Source: Proteromonas lacertae
Lineage: Eukaryota
NCBI GenBank assembly: GCA_002245135.1
Contig: NGBS01001201.1
Span: forward strand, 1-55,614
Direction: 5' to 3'
Length of the DNA stretch: 55,614 nt
Part shown: positions 11,825 through 22,870 of the stretch, piece by piece
How the letters are laid out: each line of letters begins with the position of its first letter
Position numbering within the stretch: the stretch's first letter is position 1
Program-made: the position numbers and the translations under genes
Notes under the pieces: model-generated
The model's input: only the letters and a program-made list of their open reading frames with translations
Told to the model about the DNA's origin: nothing
Databases searched by the model: none

Positions 11825-14428
11825 ATGAAGAGGTTAAAGAACCGCGCTATAGCTAGACCAGGTAAATCAAAGCATCCACATCTTTTAGATTTCCTGTCAA
11901 ATAGTATTTATTATCATATAACATGGATTATAATCAACCTTGCTATATTGATAATATGTGATATTAGATGTGTTTTATTTGCTAAAGAATATGATATTTT
12001 CACAAACATTTTGTTCCTTATTATAATCATTGTGTTTCTTATAGAAATATTATTTAATACATTATTTGAAGAGAATTACTTCTTCAAATTTGATTTTTTC
12101 ATAGATTTTTTAGCTTTAGTCCAACTATTTTATGAAGTTTCGTTTATCACAGATTTATATGATGATTACAGCGTGAATGTATATATTGTCAACCTGGGCA
12201 AAGTGTCCAGACTAACCATCATAGCTAGACACATAACCAAAATTCAGAAAATCGTTTTAAATAACAGAAAGAAGAAGCAAATCCAAGAGATTATCAAGAA
12301 AGAAGGATTATTTGATCCAAATGAATATGATGAAGAATTAGAACAGAATGAAAGAATATCAGATAAAGTAAAATACAAAATTTTCACAAGATTTGTATAT
12401 TTATCACTCTTTTTGTTTACATTTCTTCCATTTTTCAGTTACTACCAATATCCAACAGCCACAAAGCAAGAAATTGTCGGAATTAGATCATTGCATTATG
12501 TTTTCCTAAGTAATGCTGAAATTAAAGAGAATCAGTGTGTATTTATAACCAATTACTTCAAATATACACATAAACCATTATATATGTCATTGCCATTAAT
12601 GTCAACATACAATATAACATTTATAAACGATTGTATAAAATCAGAAAAGAATTTAATTCATTGGAATTTGGATGCTTTATTAAGTAAAAGTGAAGTAAAT
12701 GAAAAATACCGTAGAAATGAATATTATTCAGTTTATTATAATAGATGTTTTGTAGAAAATGCTACTGCCAATAACATTACTGATAATAATATAATAGAAA
12801 ACAATAATGATATAAATGATATGATATGTAAAACTGAGATATATTTTGACAATACGAATGTAGCAAAGGATTTATCAATGAAAAATCTCTATTCAACTAT
12901 ATTAATCTCATTTACAATGATGTTTGGATTATTAATTGTAGTTCATGATATCAAATTAGTGGCATTGAAGAATATAGACAGGATGGTATATATAGCAACA
13001 ATGTTGAAAAAGAATCCATTAGCAGCATCAACTGATCTTTATAAAGAATATGGTAAAGATCACAAATATGAAACTGAAATATTAGAAAAAGCGTTAAGAA
13101 AGATTGGAATATTATTACAAACAAGTCTTGGTGAAGCTGGTGCAACAATCATTAAAAATGTATTAAAAGGATCAGGTAAATTGGATATGAGTCAACCTGG
13201 TAAAAAAGTAACAGCTGTATTTGGATTTATAAAAATACCTCGATTTATGGAGTGTACTGAATGTTTATTAGAGAATATAGTGATGTTAGTGAATGAATTA
13301 AGTAGTTTAGTTCATACTACAGTGAGAAGATATCATGGAAGTGTGAACAAGAATATAGGAGATAGTTATTTGATAGTGTGGAAATTAGATGATGAAATTG
13401 ATGATAAATATATACAACACAAGAAAGTAGGCAAAATGGGTGCTTTTAAAATGGGTGTAGGAAAAGATCCAAAAGATTTGGAAGAAACATTAAAGAATAC
13501 AGCTGATAATGCATTAGCTTGTTTTGTGTCTTTAATAGTAGAATGTAAAGTACAATTAAAACAGAAGAATAGTTTTATAGCAAAATATACGGAACATCCT
13601 GTGTTAAATAGTCATAAATGGACATTTGATTTAATGTATGGTTTACATATAGGTTGGGCAATTGAAGGAGCAATTGGATCTATTCATAAAATAGATGCAA
13701 GTTATTTATCTCCACATGTGAATATAGCAGCTCGTTTAGAACAAGCTACTCATCAATATGGAGTTGATTTGTTGTTTAGTGATCCATTATTTAATTGCTT
13801 ATCATCTCCATTACAGAATTGTTGTAGAAAAATAGATTGTGTTTTGGTGAAAGGTAGTCAACAACCTATATTCTTATATACATTTGATATATGTAATTAT
13901 GAAAGAGTAGTTTTACCTAGAAACTCTTGTGTAAGTGATGTTACTACAAATAGAAATAATTACAATAGCAGACAAGGTAGTATAATAGCTTTAAGTGAAA
14001 GTATTGTAGCTCAAATGTCAATGTCTTATAAACCAGAAAATAATAATAATAATTCTACAGTCACTACACCTACAGCTAATAGAGATAATGATAATAATAA
14101 TAATAATAATAGTGTTTATTCAGATACAAGTGATACAATTCATGATAATAGAAAGAATAGTTTGTGTAAAAGAGTAACTGAAGAAATCATGGTGAATCTG
14201 TTGAATGTACAGAAAGGTATTAGTCCCTGTTTCTTTTCGACTTTTTCTGCTGGATTTACCTATTATCATAGTGGAGCTTGGGATTTAGCGAAAAAGAATC
14301 TTGATGAGTGTTTGTTACATAAACCTAATGATGGACCTGCAAAGTGTTTATTGAGAGTTATTAATAGTAGAAATGGAGTAGCTCCAACTGATTGGCAAGG
14401 ATTTCGAGAATTGACCTCGAAATATTAG
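11825..14428 (+). CDS. Membrane adenylyl cyclase of the ion-channel-fused (ciliate/apicomplexan/stramenopile) type, intronless
   Basis: N-terminal multi-TM region; LGEAG..II, NKNIGD, GLHIGWAIEGAIGS.HKIDASYLSPHVNIAARLE; C-terminal TPR-like end DGPAKCLL...DWQGFRELTSK. Confidence 0.9.
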   Translation: MKRLKNRAIARPGKSKHPHLLDFLSNSIYYHITWIIINLAILIICDIRCVLFAKEYDIFTNILFLIIIIVFLIEILFNTLFEENYFFKFDFFIDFLALVQLFYEVSFITDLYDDYSVNVYIVNLGKVSRLTIIARHITKIQKIVLNNRKKKQIQEIIKKEGLFDPNEYDEELEQNERISDKVKYKIFTRFVYLSLFLFTFLPFFSYYQYPTATKQEIVGIRSLHYVFLSNAEIKENQCVFITNYFKYTHKPLYMSLPLMSTYNITFINDCIKSEKNLIHWNLDALLSKSEVNEKYRRNEYYSVYYNRCFVENATANNITDNNIIENNNDINDMICKTEIYFDNTNVAKDLSMKNLYSTILISFTMMFGLLIVVHDIKLVALKNIDRMVYIATMLKKNPLAASTDLYKEYGKDHKYETEILEKALRKIGILLQTSLGEAGATIIKNVLKGSGKLDMSQPGKKVTAVFGFIKIPRFMECTECLLENIVMLVNELSSLVHTTVRRYHGSVNKNIGDSYLIVWKLDDEIDDKYIQHKKVGKMGAFKMGVGKDPKDLEETLKNTADNALACFVSLIVECKVQLKQKNSFIAKYTEHPVLNSHKWTFDLMYGLHIGWAIEGAIGSIHKIDASYLSPHVNIAARLEQATHQYGVDLLFSDPLFNCLSSPLQNCCRKIDCVLVKGSQQPIFLYTFDICNYERVVLPRNSCVSDVTTNRNNYNSRQGSIIALSESIVAQMSMSYKPENNNNNSTVTTPTANRDNDNNNNNNSVYSDTSDTIHDNRKNSLCKRVTEEIMVNLLNVQKGISPCFFSTFSAGFTYYHSGAWDLAKKNLDECLLHKPNDGPAKCLLRVINSRNGVAPTDWQGFRELTSKY

Positions 14429-14880
14429 TCATAGTATTTTAATTAGTTATTTTAATAATTTATATTTTTATTGCTCTGTATATTTATTGATTATGAATGT
14501 AAATGGTTGCATAACAAATAATATTTCATCTTTCTGATTTTAAAATAATTTGTGAGTTTAACTTTGAATGAATTTATATACCAAAAGTTGAAAAAAATTT
14601 ATATTTGGCTTGACTTGATTTGATAATTTTTTTATTTTCGAATTATTTCACTTATTAAATCATATATTAAAGGGAAATTTGTATTTGCAAGTAGTAATCA
14701 AAAGGTCAAGTAGAAAAGTGGATAAAAAATAAAATAGTCTATTAATTACTCAAAAACAACTTTTATTCAAACTAGAGTGTTAATGTAATGTTTTAACAGA
14801 TATATATTCCTCTATTAGTGTTTAAAGATGAAAATTGAAAATGTGAATAAAAACGACTCAATATTTTGGAACAAAATAAT

Positions 14881-17763
14881 ATGACGAGTTTTACTTCATT
14901 TGCAGATGATATGCTAACTTCAATACTATCTTATGATGCTGAAGTATTTTTTTATTGATATACATGGAATAGACAAAAGAACGAGTAGAAAGGAGTAAAA
15001 TTGAGATTGATATTGTTGTAAAACAGAGCAACAATGTTAAAATGATTAAGATATTCGATATAGCGGATGTTATCAAGAAGAAAATATTTAAATTAGAAGA
15101 GAATATATTAATGTTATCCAAGTGTTGTTATTTTTTAGTTTATCCATATCAAATTTCAATAATAGGGAATAATTTGATGATATGTGTGAGAGAATATTAC
15201 TCAAGAGACTTAGAAAAAGTTATTTATGAAGAATCACTTTCAAATAACTATATTTTAGGTATAATATGTAGATTATGTGATATTTTAATGATATTAAATG
15301 GAAGTGAGTTTCTAAAAAATTGGAAGAGTTCTAACATAATATGTGAAAGTAAAGGTGAAATAAAGTTATGTGATTTACTTTTGAATGAGTTGAGAAGAGA
15401 AGAAGATTTGAGAATATATGATATCTGCTTTAACAGTCAAGAAGAATTGAATGGATCAGAATGTAATGATAAAAGTGTGATTTGGTCAATTGGATGTATA
15501 TTATATGAGATGATAAACAAAAAATTACCATTCAATGAAGATAATAATATGAATAAAACAAAAGAGAATATCCTAATATGCAATTACAGTATTGATGTAA
15601 AATGCGATGATGAAATGAAAAAATGATAGATAGAATGTTGAAAGTGAAGAGTGAAGATAGATTGAGTTTAATAGAGTTGAGAAAAGAAGTGACAAAAATG
15701 AATGAAATAGTGAAAGATAGCGATGATAATATAATGATGTACAGTGAAAGGATAGAAGTATTATACAATTACGATTACAATACAATTTTCACACTTCCAG
15801 TAATATTTCCTTCAAATTTTTATCTTGAAAGTGATAAATATAGAGAAATTCAAGACATATTGATAGAATTATACAATAATAAACCGAATCTAAGAATATT
15901 GTCGATGTTATTAATGATTAAATTATACAAAAGAGATTATTTAATTCATTATAGATTGAAATTTCAAATTCATCACCAATGTAAAGAAAAAGATAAAGAA
16001 TGTAACTTAGATGAAATGGTGTTTAATATTGATACTAGTTATGAAGATGAAATTGAAGTTGATCTTCTATGCTTCTGTTTATGTGAAGATGGAATGAATT
16101 ATTTATTCAAAATGATGAGATTAATATTCGTATAATTCATATAACTTTAATTTATTTATTTAGATTTTGCTTTAAAAATCCAATATCAATCATTATTTGG
16201 ATATTGTTTTTACCATTTATTTAAGATTCAAGAAATTAATTTATCATTATGTAGTCTAACTTTTCATTTTATTGAAACATTTTTTAAATCAATTTTATAC
16301 ATGAAACTGAAATATGTGAATCTTCAGTGTATTTATCATTTTATATATGTTTTAAAATAGATAATTATATTGGTCCAAAAGGGTTTAAATTATTTTTACC
16401 ATATTTACAATTATTAATCAACAAAGACAATGAATTGAATCTTGTGGGGATGAATTTAAACGATGAATGCATGATATTTTTATCACAAGCATTATACAAA
16501 CATCCAAATCTTAACAAAATAGATGTTACACAAAATGATAATATTCGTTCAAATGGATTAAAAGCATTATTCTCCAAATTTTCTATATCAAAGATTTGGT
16601 TTGATTTTAATGGAAGTAATAAAGATTTATTGATTGATAAAGACATTCCAAAGTTTATAAAATCAATAGAATATTATAAAAATGTATTAAATCTGAGTAA
16701 TTTAGACATTGACGATGATTTTTTCATTTCATTCATTCATTTAAGATTAAATGAATTAAACGAAATAGAAAGTTTAAATTTGAGTGGTATAATATGATAT
16801 TGTCTATTGATTAGATAATAAACTGACATATAGAAGTGTTAAAATACTGATTAATAAATTATCTGCATTGAGAAATCTTGAAGAACTTGAACTACATGGA
16901 AATGAAATAGGAGATTTAGGAATGAAAGCATTGTCTCCTCATTTGCATTTATTAAATACTTTGATTGGAATAGAATGCTCAAGTATAATAATAATTATTA
17001 TTTAATAAACAATGGAATAATATTAATCTTAAAGGAAATAATATTGGAATGAAAGGATTAAAATTAATTTGTGAAAAATCATTAGAAAGTAGAAGATGTG
17101 CATTTATACAAATGAAATCTTCATCATGGACAAATGAAGAATTGAAGTATTATTTGGATTATTGCATTATAAAGAAATAATGTAATAGAAAACATGATTT
17201 CTCAAGTATTAATTAGGTTTTTATAATGAAATAGATATGAATCTAAATGATTATCACATTTCATTAATTAAGGATTAAAAGGATTAACAGATTCTTTACC
17301 AGAAGATGATAAATATATATCACTATTTAACAATCCAATTGGAGATGAAGGAGTAGAGATAATATGTAAATATTTAGATAACTTTGTAATAAAGCGTAGT
17401 AGTTTTACCAACATTTATTCATTGAATATCTCAAGTATTATATTAACAATAATTTGAATAGATATAGGTATGAATGAAAAAGGATTAAAAGTGTTAATAC
17501 AAAGACTAAAAGGCTATTATGTATTTAGATATATGCACTTAGAAGGAAATGAATTAAATGAAAAAGAATTGAGAATAATGATAGAGAATAAAGAAGTGTT
17601 TGATTGTTTAGATGAATTATATATTACTGTGAAAGAGAACATAGATAAATCAGAAATGAAATCATTTCTTTATACATTTTCGTCTATCGGAATAATCAAT
17701 TTAGATGGAATATCAGAAGAAGAAAAAAACGAATTATTAAACCATTACAGTAATATTGAATAG
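14881..17763 (+). pseudogene. NEK-like pseudokinase + RNI-like LRR gene, copy A (multiple lesions)
   Basis: Same exon layout as copy B (21-codon first exon, intron 14944-14972). Frameshift at 15618-15623, large deletion near 17010, in-frame TAA at 17178-17180, frameshifting deletion near 17270. Confidence 0.75.
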
Positions 17764-17948
17764 AATTAAATAAAAGGATATTGATATATTTGTTTATATT
17801 ATGCTTATTTCATTTTCTGAATATCAAAATTATTTGCGTAAGTACAGTTGCTACTCATAAAATCAGAATTAAAAAATATCAACCATTCAAGCCAATTTAT
17901 AAAACGAATAAATATTCAGAAATAAAAAAGAAACGTTTTATCTAATAA

Positions 17949-19907
17949 ATGACAATACCACTTGCTGAGACACAAACTAATTTTGAAATAAATTGTGCTA
18001 CAGATTCTACAGTTGGTCCAGGTAAATATTTATCTCAAGGTACATATGAAGCAAAATCAGAATTAGCTCCATTCTCTACTAGTAAAATAAGAGATACAGA
18101 AGAAATAATTCCAACTCCACAAGCTCATCTCAATCCAGGTATTTTATTTTATGTATTTATGTGTTTAGGGCCTGGTTCATATCTTCCAATATTTATTAAC
18201 ACAAGAGCTGAACTTACAGCTAATTCATTCAAAACAACAGTATTTTGTTGGTTTTATTGTAAATAGATACCAAGGTTTGCTCCAAATGCTCCATTATCAA
18301 CAATATTTACCCCTGGTACTCCAGCTATAACACCAGGACCAGGAACATATGATTTATCACTTGAACAATATCCACCTTCACAAAGTAGACCAAGAACAAC
18401 AGAGGATAAAGTTCCTGAAGTTCAAATATTTGCAGGAAAACAACCTTCCAGTATTCCAGGAAAAGAAGACAGCTTAGGTTACAATATTGATAATCAAAAC
18501 CGATTAATAAAAAGACATCCGTCAAATGAAAAAGAAATGTTTACTGGTTTAAAAACAGATACAGTTGGACCAGGTCAATATGATTATACAGTCGATACAG
18601 TGAAATTAAGTCCAAGATATCATGATATTGACAAAGATATCAATCGTCCAGAATTATGGAAGCCTACTCATGAAAAATCTAATTGGTTACCTGATATAAA
18701 CAATCCAGGACCAGGCAAATATGATCCTCCAATACAAGCAACTATACCATATTCAGTTCATACAGCTGATAGTCCAAATTATAAATCTTTACCTTTTCAG
18801 TCTGATCAACCAATGGCTTATGAGATGTTTGATAAAGAAGCAGCTCGAAGACCAGGTCCAGGACATTATGAAGTAAAAGATGGAAATAAACCATCGGGAG
18901 ATGTAGATGTATTTTTATTTATTTTATAAATTTTATTAGATGTCAGTATTTGGATCAAATGCTGATAGAGTAGGTTGGAATCGTATATTAGAAACTCCAT
19001 TTTTTGATGTATAATATAATGAATTAATATCATTAACTATATATAGCCTTCATCAGCCACAGCACCTGGTCCTGGAACTTATGCTGAAGTTCGTTCTTCA
19101 TTTAAACCACCAACAGTAGATCCAGATGCTCCACCTGAAGTAATTGTACCATTTGATAATCATGAAATTCGAGAAGTATGTGAACCAGTAATAAAAACTG
19201 ACAAACCAGGTCCAGGAACCTATGAAGATAAACCAGATATTGAATTATTAAGTAATAAAAAGACAATGATTGGTCGATTTGGAGTATTTGGAACTCGAGC
19301 TGATAGAATTCGACCTGATACATTTGAAGTTCCAAAAGATTTAGTAAAACCAGTTCCAGGTCCAGGATATTATAATCCTAATGATAAATGTATATAATAT
19401 AATATAATATAATATAAAATAGTTTCTCAAAGATTAAAAAAGAATGCTTGTTATGAATCTAACCTAGATCGATTAGGTCATTATACAATTCACAATACTC
19501 CAATGATAGTGCAACTAAATAGAGATAAAATAACACCAGGTGTAGGTGATTATGAACTAGATTTGACATTATCAGGAACTAACAGTATGAAAAGAAGAGG
19601 GTTTAATTCAACGGGTAAAAGATTTGATAGTAAACATGTTTTAGGTGTAGCTATCCATCCTGTGCCAGGTCCTGGTAATTATGAAACAAATGATTCATTT
19701 GCTTTAGAAAAGAAGAATGATAGAAATATAAATCGAAGATTTTGCGCTGGTGTTAATAATTATAGAGAATTCTACACTCCTCAAAGAGTTGGACCTGGAT
19801 CTTATAATTTAGAAAGAAGTATTGGTAAAAAATCATTTAATGTAATTTATACTAAGAAATATGGTGGTAGACCACTGCATAGAACTGTACCTCTCAATTC
19901 TAAATAA
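17949..19907 (+). CDS. STPG2: SHIPPO / sperm-tail PG-rich repeat protein (STPG2-like), 5 introns
   Basis: About 12 PGPGxY-type repeats; N-terminus VGPGKY...APFSTS.R and PSIP...GY...DTVGPGQY resemble STPG2. Splices cleanly in frame. Confidence 0.75.
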
Positions 19908-20165
19908 TTATTTTGTTATTGTATTTATTTGCTGTATATTTGGTTATGATTAAATATAAAGAGGATAATATTATAAATTTTATTAAAAAAACTGAGAATT
20001 GGATGTTATAATTTAACAATTATGAATTATGTGTATTATTTGATCTATATGTTTCTAATATCCCAAAAAGTGTTTGTATACACAAAATTACTAACTGAAG
20101 TATGGCTATTTTCGAAAATGTCATTCTTTAGTATGAAAGATGCATTAAATTATTGAATACTGAAT

Positions 20166-20330
20166 ATGAAGGTTTTAAGTGAATATGATAATTTGAATGG
20201 TAATTTGAAGAGTAGTAATACTGTAAATGAGTATCATAACGAAATAAATATATGTGATGTATATTCAAAAGTCCAAAAGAGTTGAACGGATTGTTTGGAA
20301 TAATATCTTGAGATATAAATACAGTATTAA
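20166..20330 (+). pseudogene. Relic fragment of the pseudokinase-LRR family (kinase subdomains VI-IX)
   Basis: Reads MKVLSEYDNLNGNLKSSNTVNEYHNEINICD...SPKELNGL, versus copy B MILSEYDIVVGNLKSSNVVIENDDEIKLCD...TPEELNGL, with deletions and stops. Confidence 0.75.
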
Positions 20331-20398
20331 TATGAAATAAGGTTGTTTGGAATAATTTATTTAATATACAAATAATGAAAATTATAGGCAATACAATT

Positions 20399-22517
20399 CT
20401 ATTCTTCAATCAACCATTTAGTTAGATTTACCTCCATTTTGAAGAATTCAGCGCCAATATATACATACGGATATAATTCATCAGGAAGATTTGTAAATAA
20501 AATATTATTATTTCCATATTTGTCAATAATTGAGAATGTTTTTTTCTTCATATCAAATATTACTTCACAACTGCAATCACCCAAATCTATTTTATTTAGT
20601 TTTTGCATTATACCAATATTACCATAGCAGCTTCTATAAAATAGATCTATCTGACAATATTTGTCATGCTAATTACTATACATATTAGCTGATTCTATAG
20701 CCCCTATAAAGAAATCAAGAACTTCACATGAAGATGAGAAATAAAAGTGGTAAATTGATTTTTCCATCTTTACATTTAACAAACAATTTCTCCCATATTC
20801 GCAAGTTTAATAAGAAATTGTTCTTTTATTTTCACTAATTTTATAGCCAAAAGTTTCTATAAAATGAATTTCTAAGATAGAATATAATTTCAGTTTTTAT
20901 ACTTTCAAATATCGCTAATCTCATTTTATATTCTTCTTCATTCCATATATTCTTAGCAACTACAATTAAATCACCTTTATATGGTTTACTTACTAATCCA
21001 CTAATTTCACCTGTCTCTTTATTGAATGATAAACCATTTGGTAATTCTATTGATAAAATTATGACATTTATACTTGATTTTAGAAAATATTCTTCTACAT
21101 CTCCATCAACTATTGGTTTTAAACATATTTTCATGTTTAAATATATCACTCCTTCATATTTGAATTCTTTTATTTTTCTATCTATCAATATTACATTACA
21201 TCTTTTTTATACATTTTATTCTTATTCTTTTTCTTTCATCTTTTATAATCTCATTTATTAATTCATTCTCTCTATCTTCAATTCCTCTATTATGAATATA
21301 ATAATAAATATTGTTAATGTTTTCAGCATGCTTTAATAAGATTTTATCATTTTCAATTATATCATATAGAATTTCCATTCCACATTTCTCTACCATTATA
21401 TCAAACATTTCATTTGTCTCGCCTTCACTTCTTCTAATAAATGTAAATAAACATTTCAAAATATTCTCATTTCTTTTCTTTCTTTTCATAAAATCATTCC
21501 ATTTATTCATTTTATATTCATTTAATAATTCGTCTAATAATAGTTTAAATTCTTCATAATGCAAACATAAGTCATTTTCATATATTATTAACATTACCAT
21601 CATTTTAATAATCATATTTCCTTCAACTAATAACATTTCTAAATCTATTATGTTTTTCTTAACAATCTCATTATTGATCATTTCTTCTTCTATTAAAAAA
21701 TAGAATAGAAATGGTTTATACTTTTCATTTCGATTTCTTCATTTTCTTTTGGATACTTATCTATCAGATATTCATATAATATTTGGTTTTTGATTTTTGG
21801 AATTGAGATATATCTTATTAACTGATTTATTTCATTTTCATTTATTCTGTTCATTATCTCTTTCATCATTTCATTTTCTTCTTCATTCAAATATTTCTCA
21901 TTCATTAACATATAACCATTCAATAATTCTTTTAATTCACTTCTATTTCCATTAAATATTATTTCATTACTAAAGATTTCTTTTATACTATTCACATTCA
22001 TCTCATTTATCATTTTATCATTCAATAATCGATAAATCTTCATACTTAAGTATTTATTCATTTCTATCTTCATTTCTAATAGATTCTTATTCTCAAGTAT
22101 GTATTTCTCATTCAACAATTCAACAATCATTTTATCATTTTCATTCATTCTTTTCATTATATATTCTTTCAGTATTTTCAACAATCTATTCTCATTATAA
22201 CAAACACAAATCAATAACAGTTTAACACAGTTATTATCTTCAACATTTATATCATTTCCTTCATAATATCTTTCTAACATCAGAAATACATCTTTATTAC
22301 ATCCTTCATATAACTCTAATGGTTCTTTAAACTCTTTATCTTCTAAAATCTCTCGAAATGTATCATTACAACAACACAATAATGATTTCAATGTTTTCAT
22401 TTCTTCATTTTCAACTAATACTCTCAAATCACCATATCCACACTTTATCATTTTTCGAATAAGACTATGTAGATATATTATAGCATAATTGAGCCGATTG
22501 ATTATTATACCCTTCAT
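20399..22517 (-). pseudogene. BTB-Ig-SPRY-like gene, copy 2; C-terminal domain carries two nonsense codons
   Basis: Same introns as copy 1. TAT>TAA at 20807-20809 and CAG>TAG at 20669-20671 relative to copy 1. SPRY-like end VIFDMKKKTFSI...LFTNLPDELYPYV. May still make a truncated BTB-Ig protein. Confidence 0.7.
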
Positions 22518-22691
22518 TTTTATGTATATTTGATTTAATTATCATTTCTATAGTCTTAAAATTGATAAAATATGTAAAAGCTTGATACTTGTCAAATCAA
22601 TGTAATTTACATTTTAAATGTCATAATCAATTTTTCATTCATTTAATGTATAAAATATAGATATAAAGGTATAAATATTTATAAATAATTA
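20521..22691. repeat. Direct segmental duplication, copy 2 (partner 1-2156; true left edge lies outside the window for copy 1)
   Basis: Direct sequence comparison. Confidence 0.95.
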
Positions 22692-22791
22692 TCTATTTTC
22701 ACTCTCTATTATTGTATTGTTAAGAATAGTTTGAACATGCAAAATGAATTCGTCTATTCAGTACTATTCTTCTTGATTCATACAACAACAA

Positions 22792-22799
22792 AACAAACA
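22792..22799 (-). terminator. TGTTTGTT 3'-end element about 70 nt after the soluble cyclase stop
   Basis: Forward aacaaaca within a GT-rich tract on the minus strand. Confidence 0.45.
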
Positions 22800-22870
22800 T
22801 TCATATATATAATAAACGACGAAATTAGATTCAACTAATAACATTATATAGTATCTTCCTGTATAATTAT

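Noticed and set aside
17178..20809. Stop-codon reassignment suggested by in-frame TAA/TAG
   Set aside because: These stops occur only in damaged paralogues and align to different residues (Tyr, Gln). Conserved genes have no internal stops and end in TAA/TAG.
1..22691. The 2.15-kb direct repeats as LTRs or ends of a 22-kb mobile element
   Set aside because: The repeats are an intron-containing gene, the interior holds ordinary cellular genes, and no transposase, RT or integrase motifs or terminal signatures were seen.
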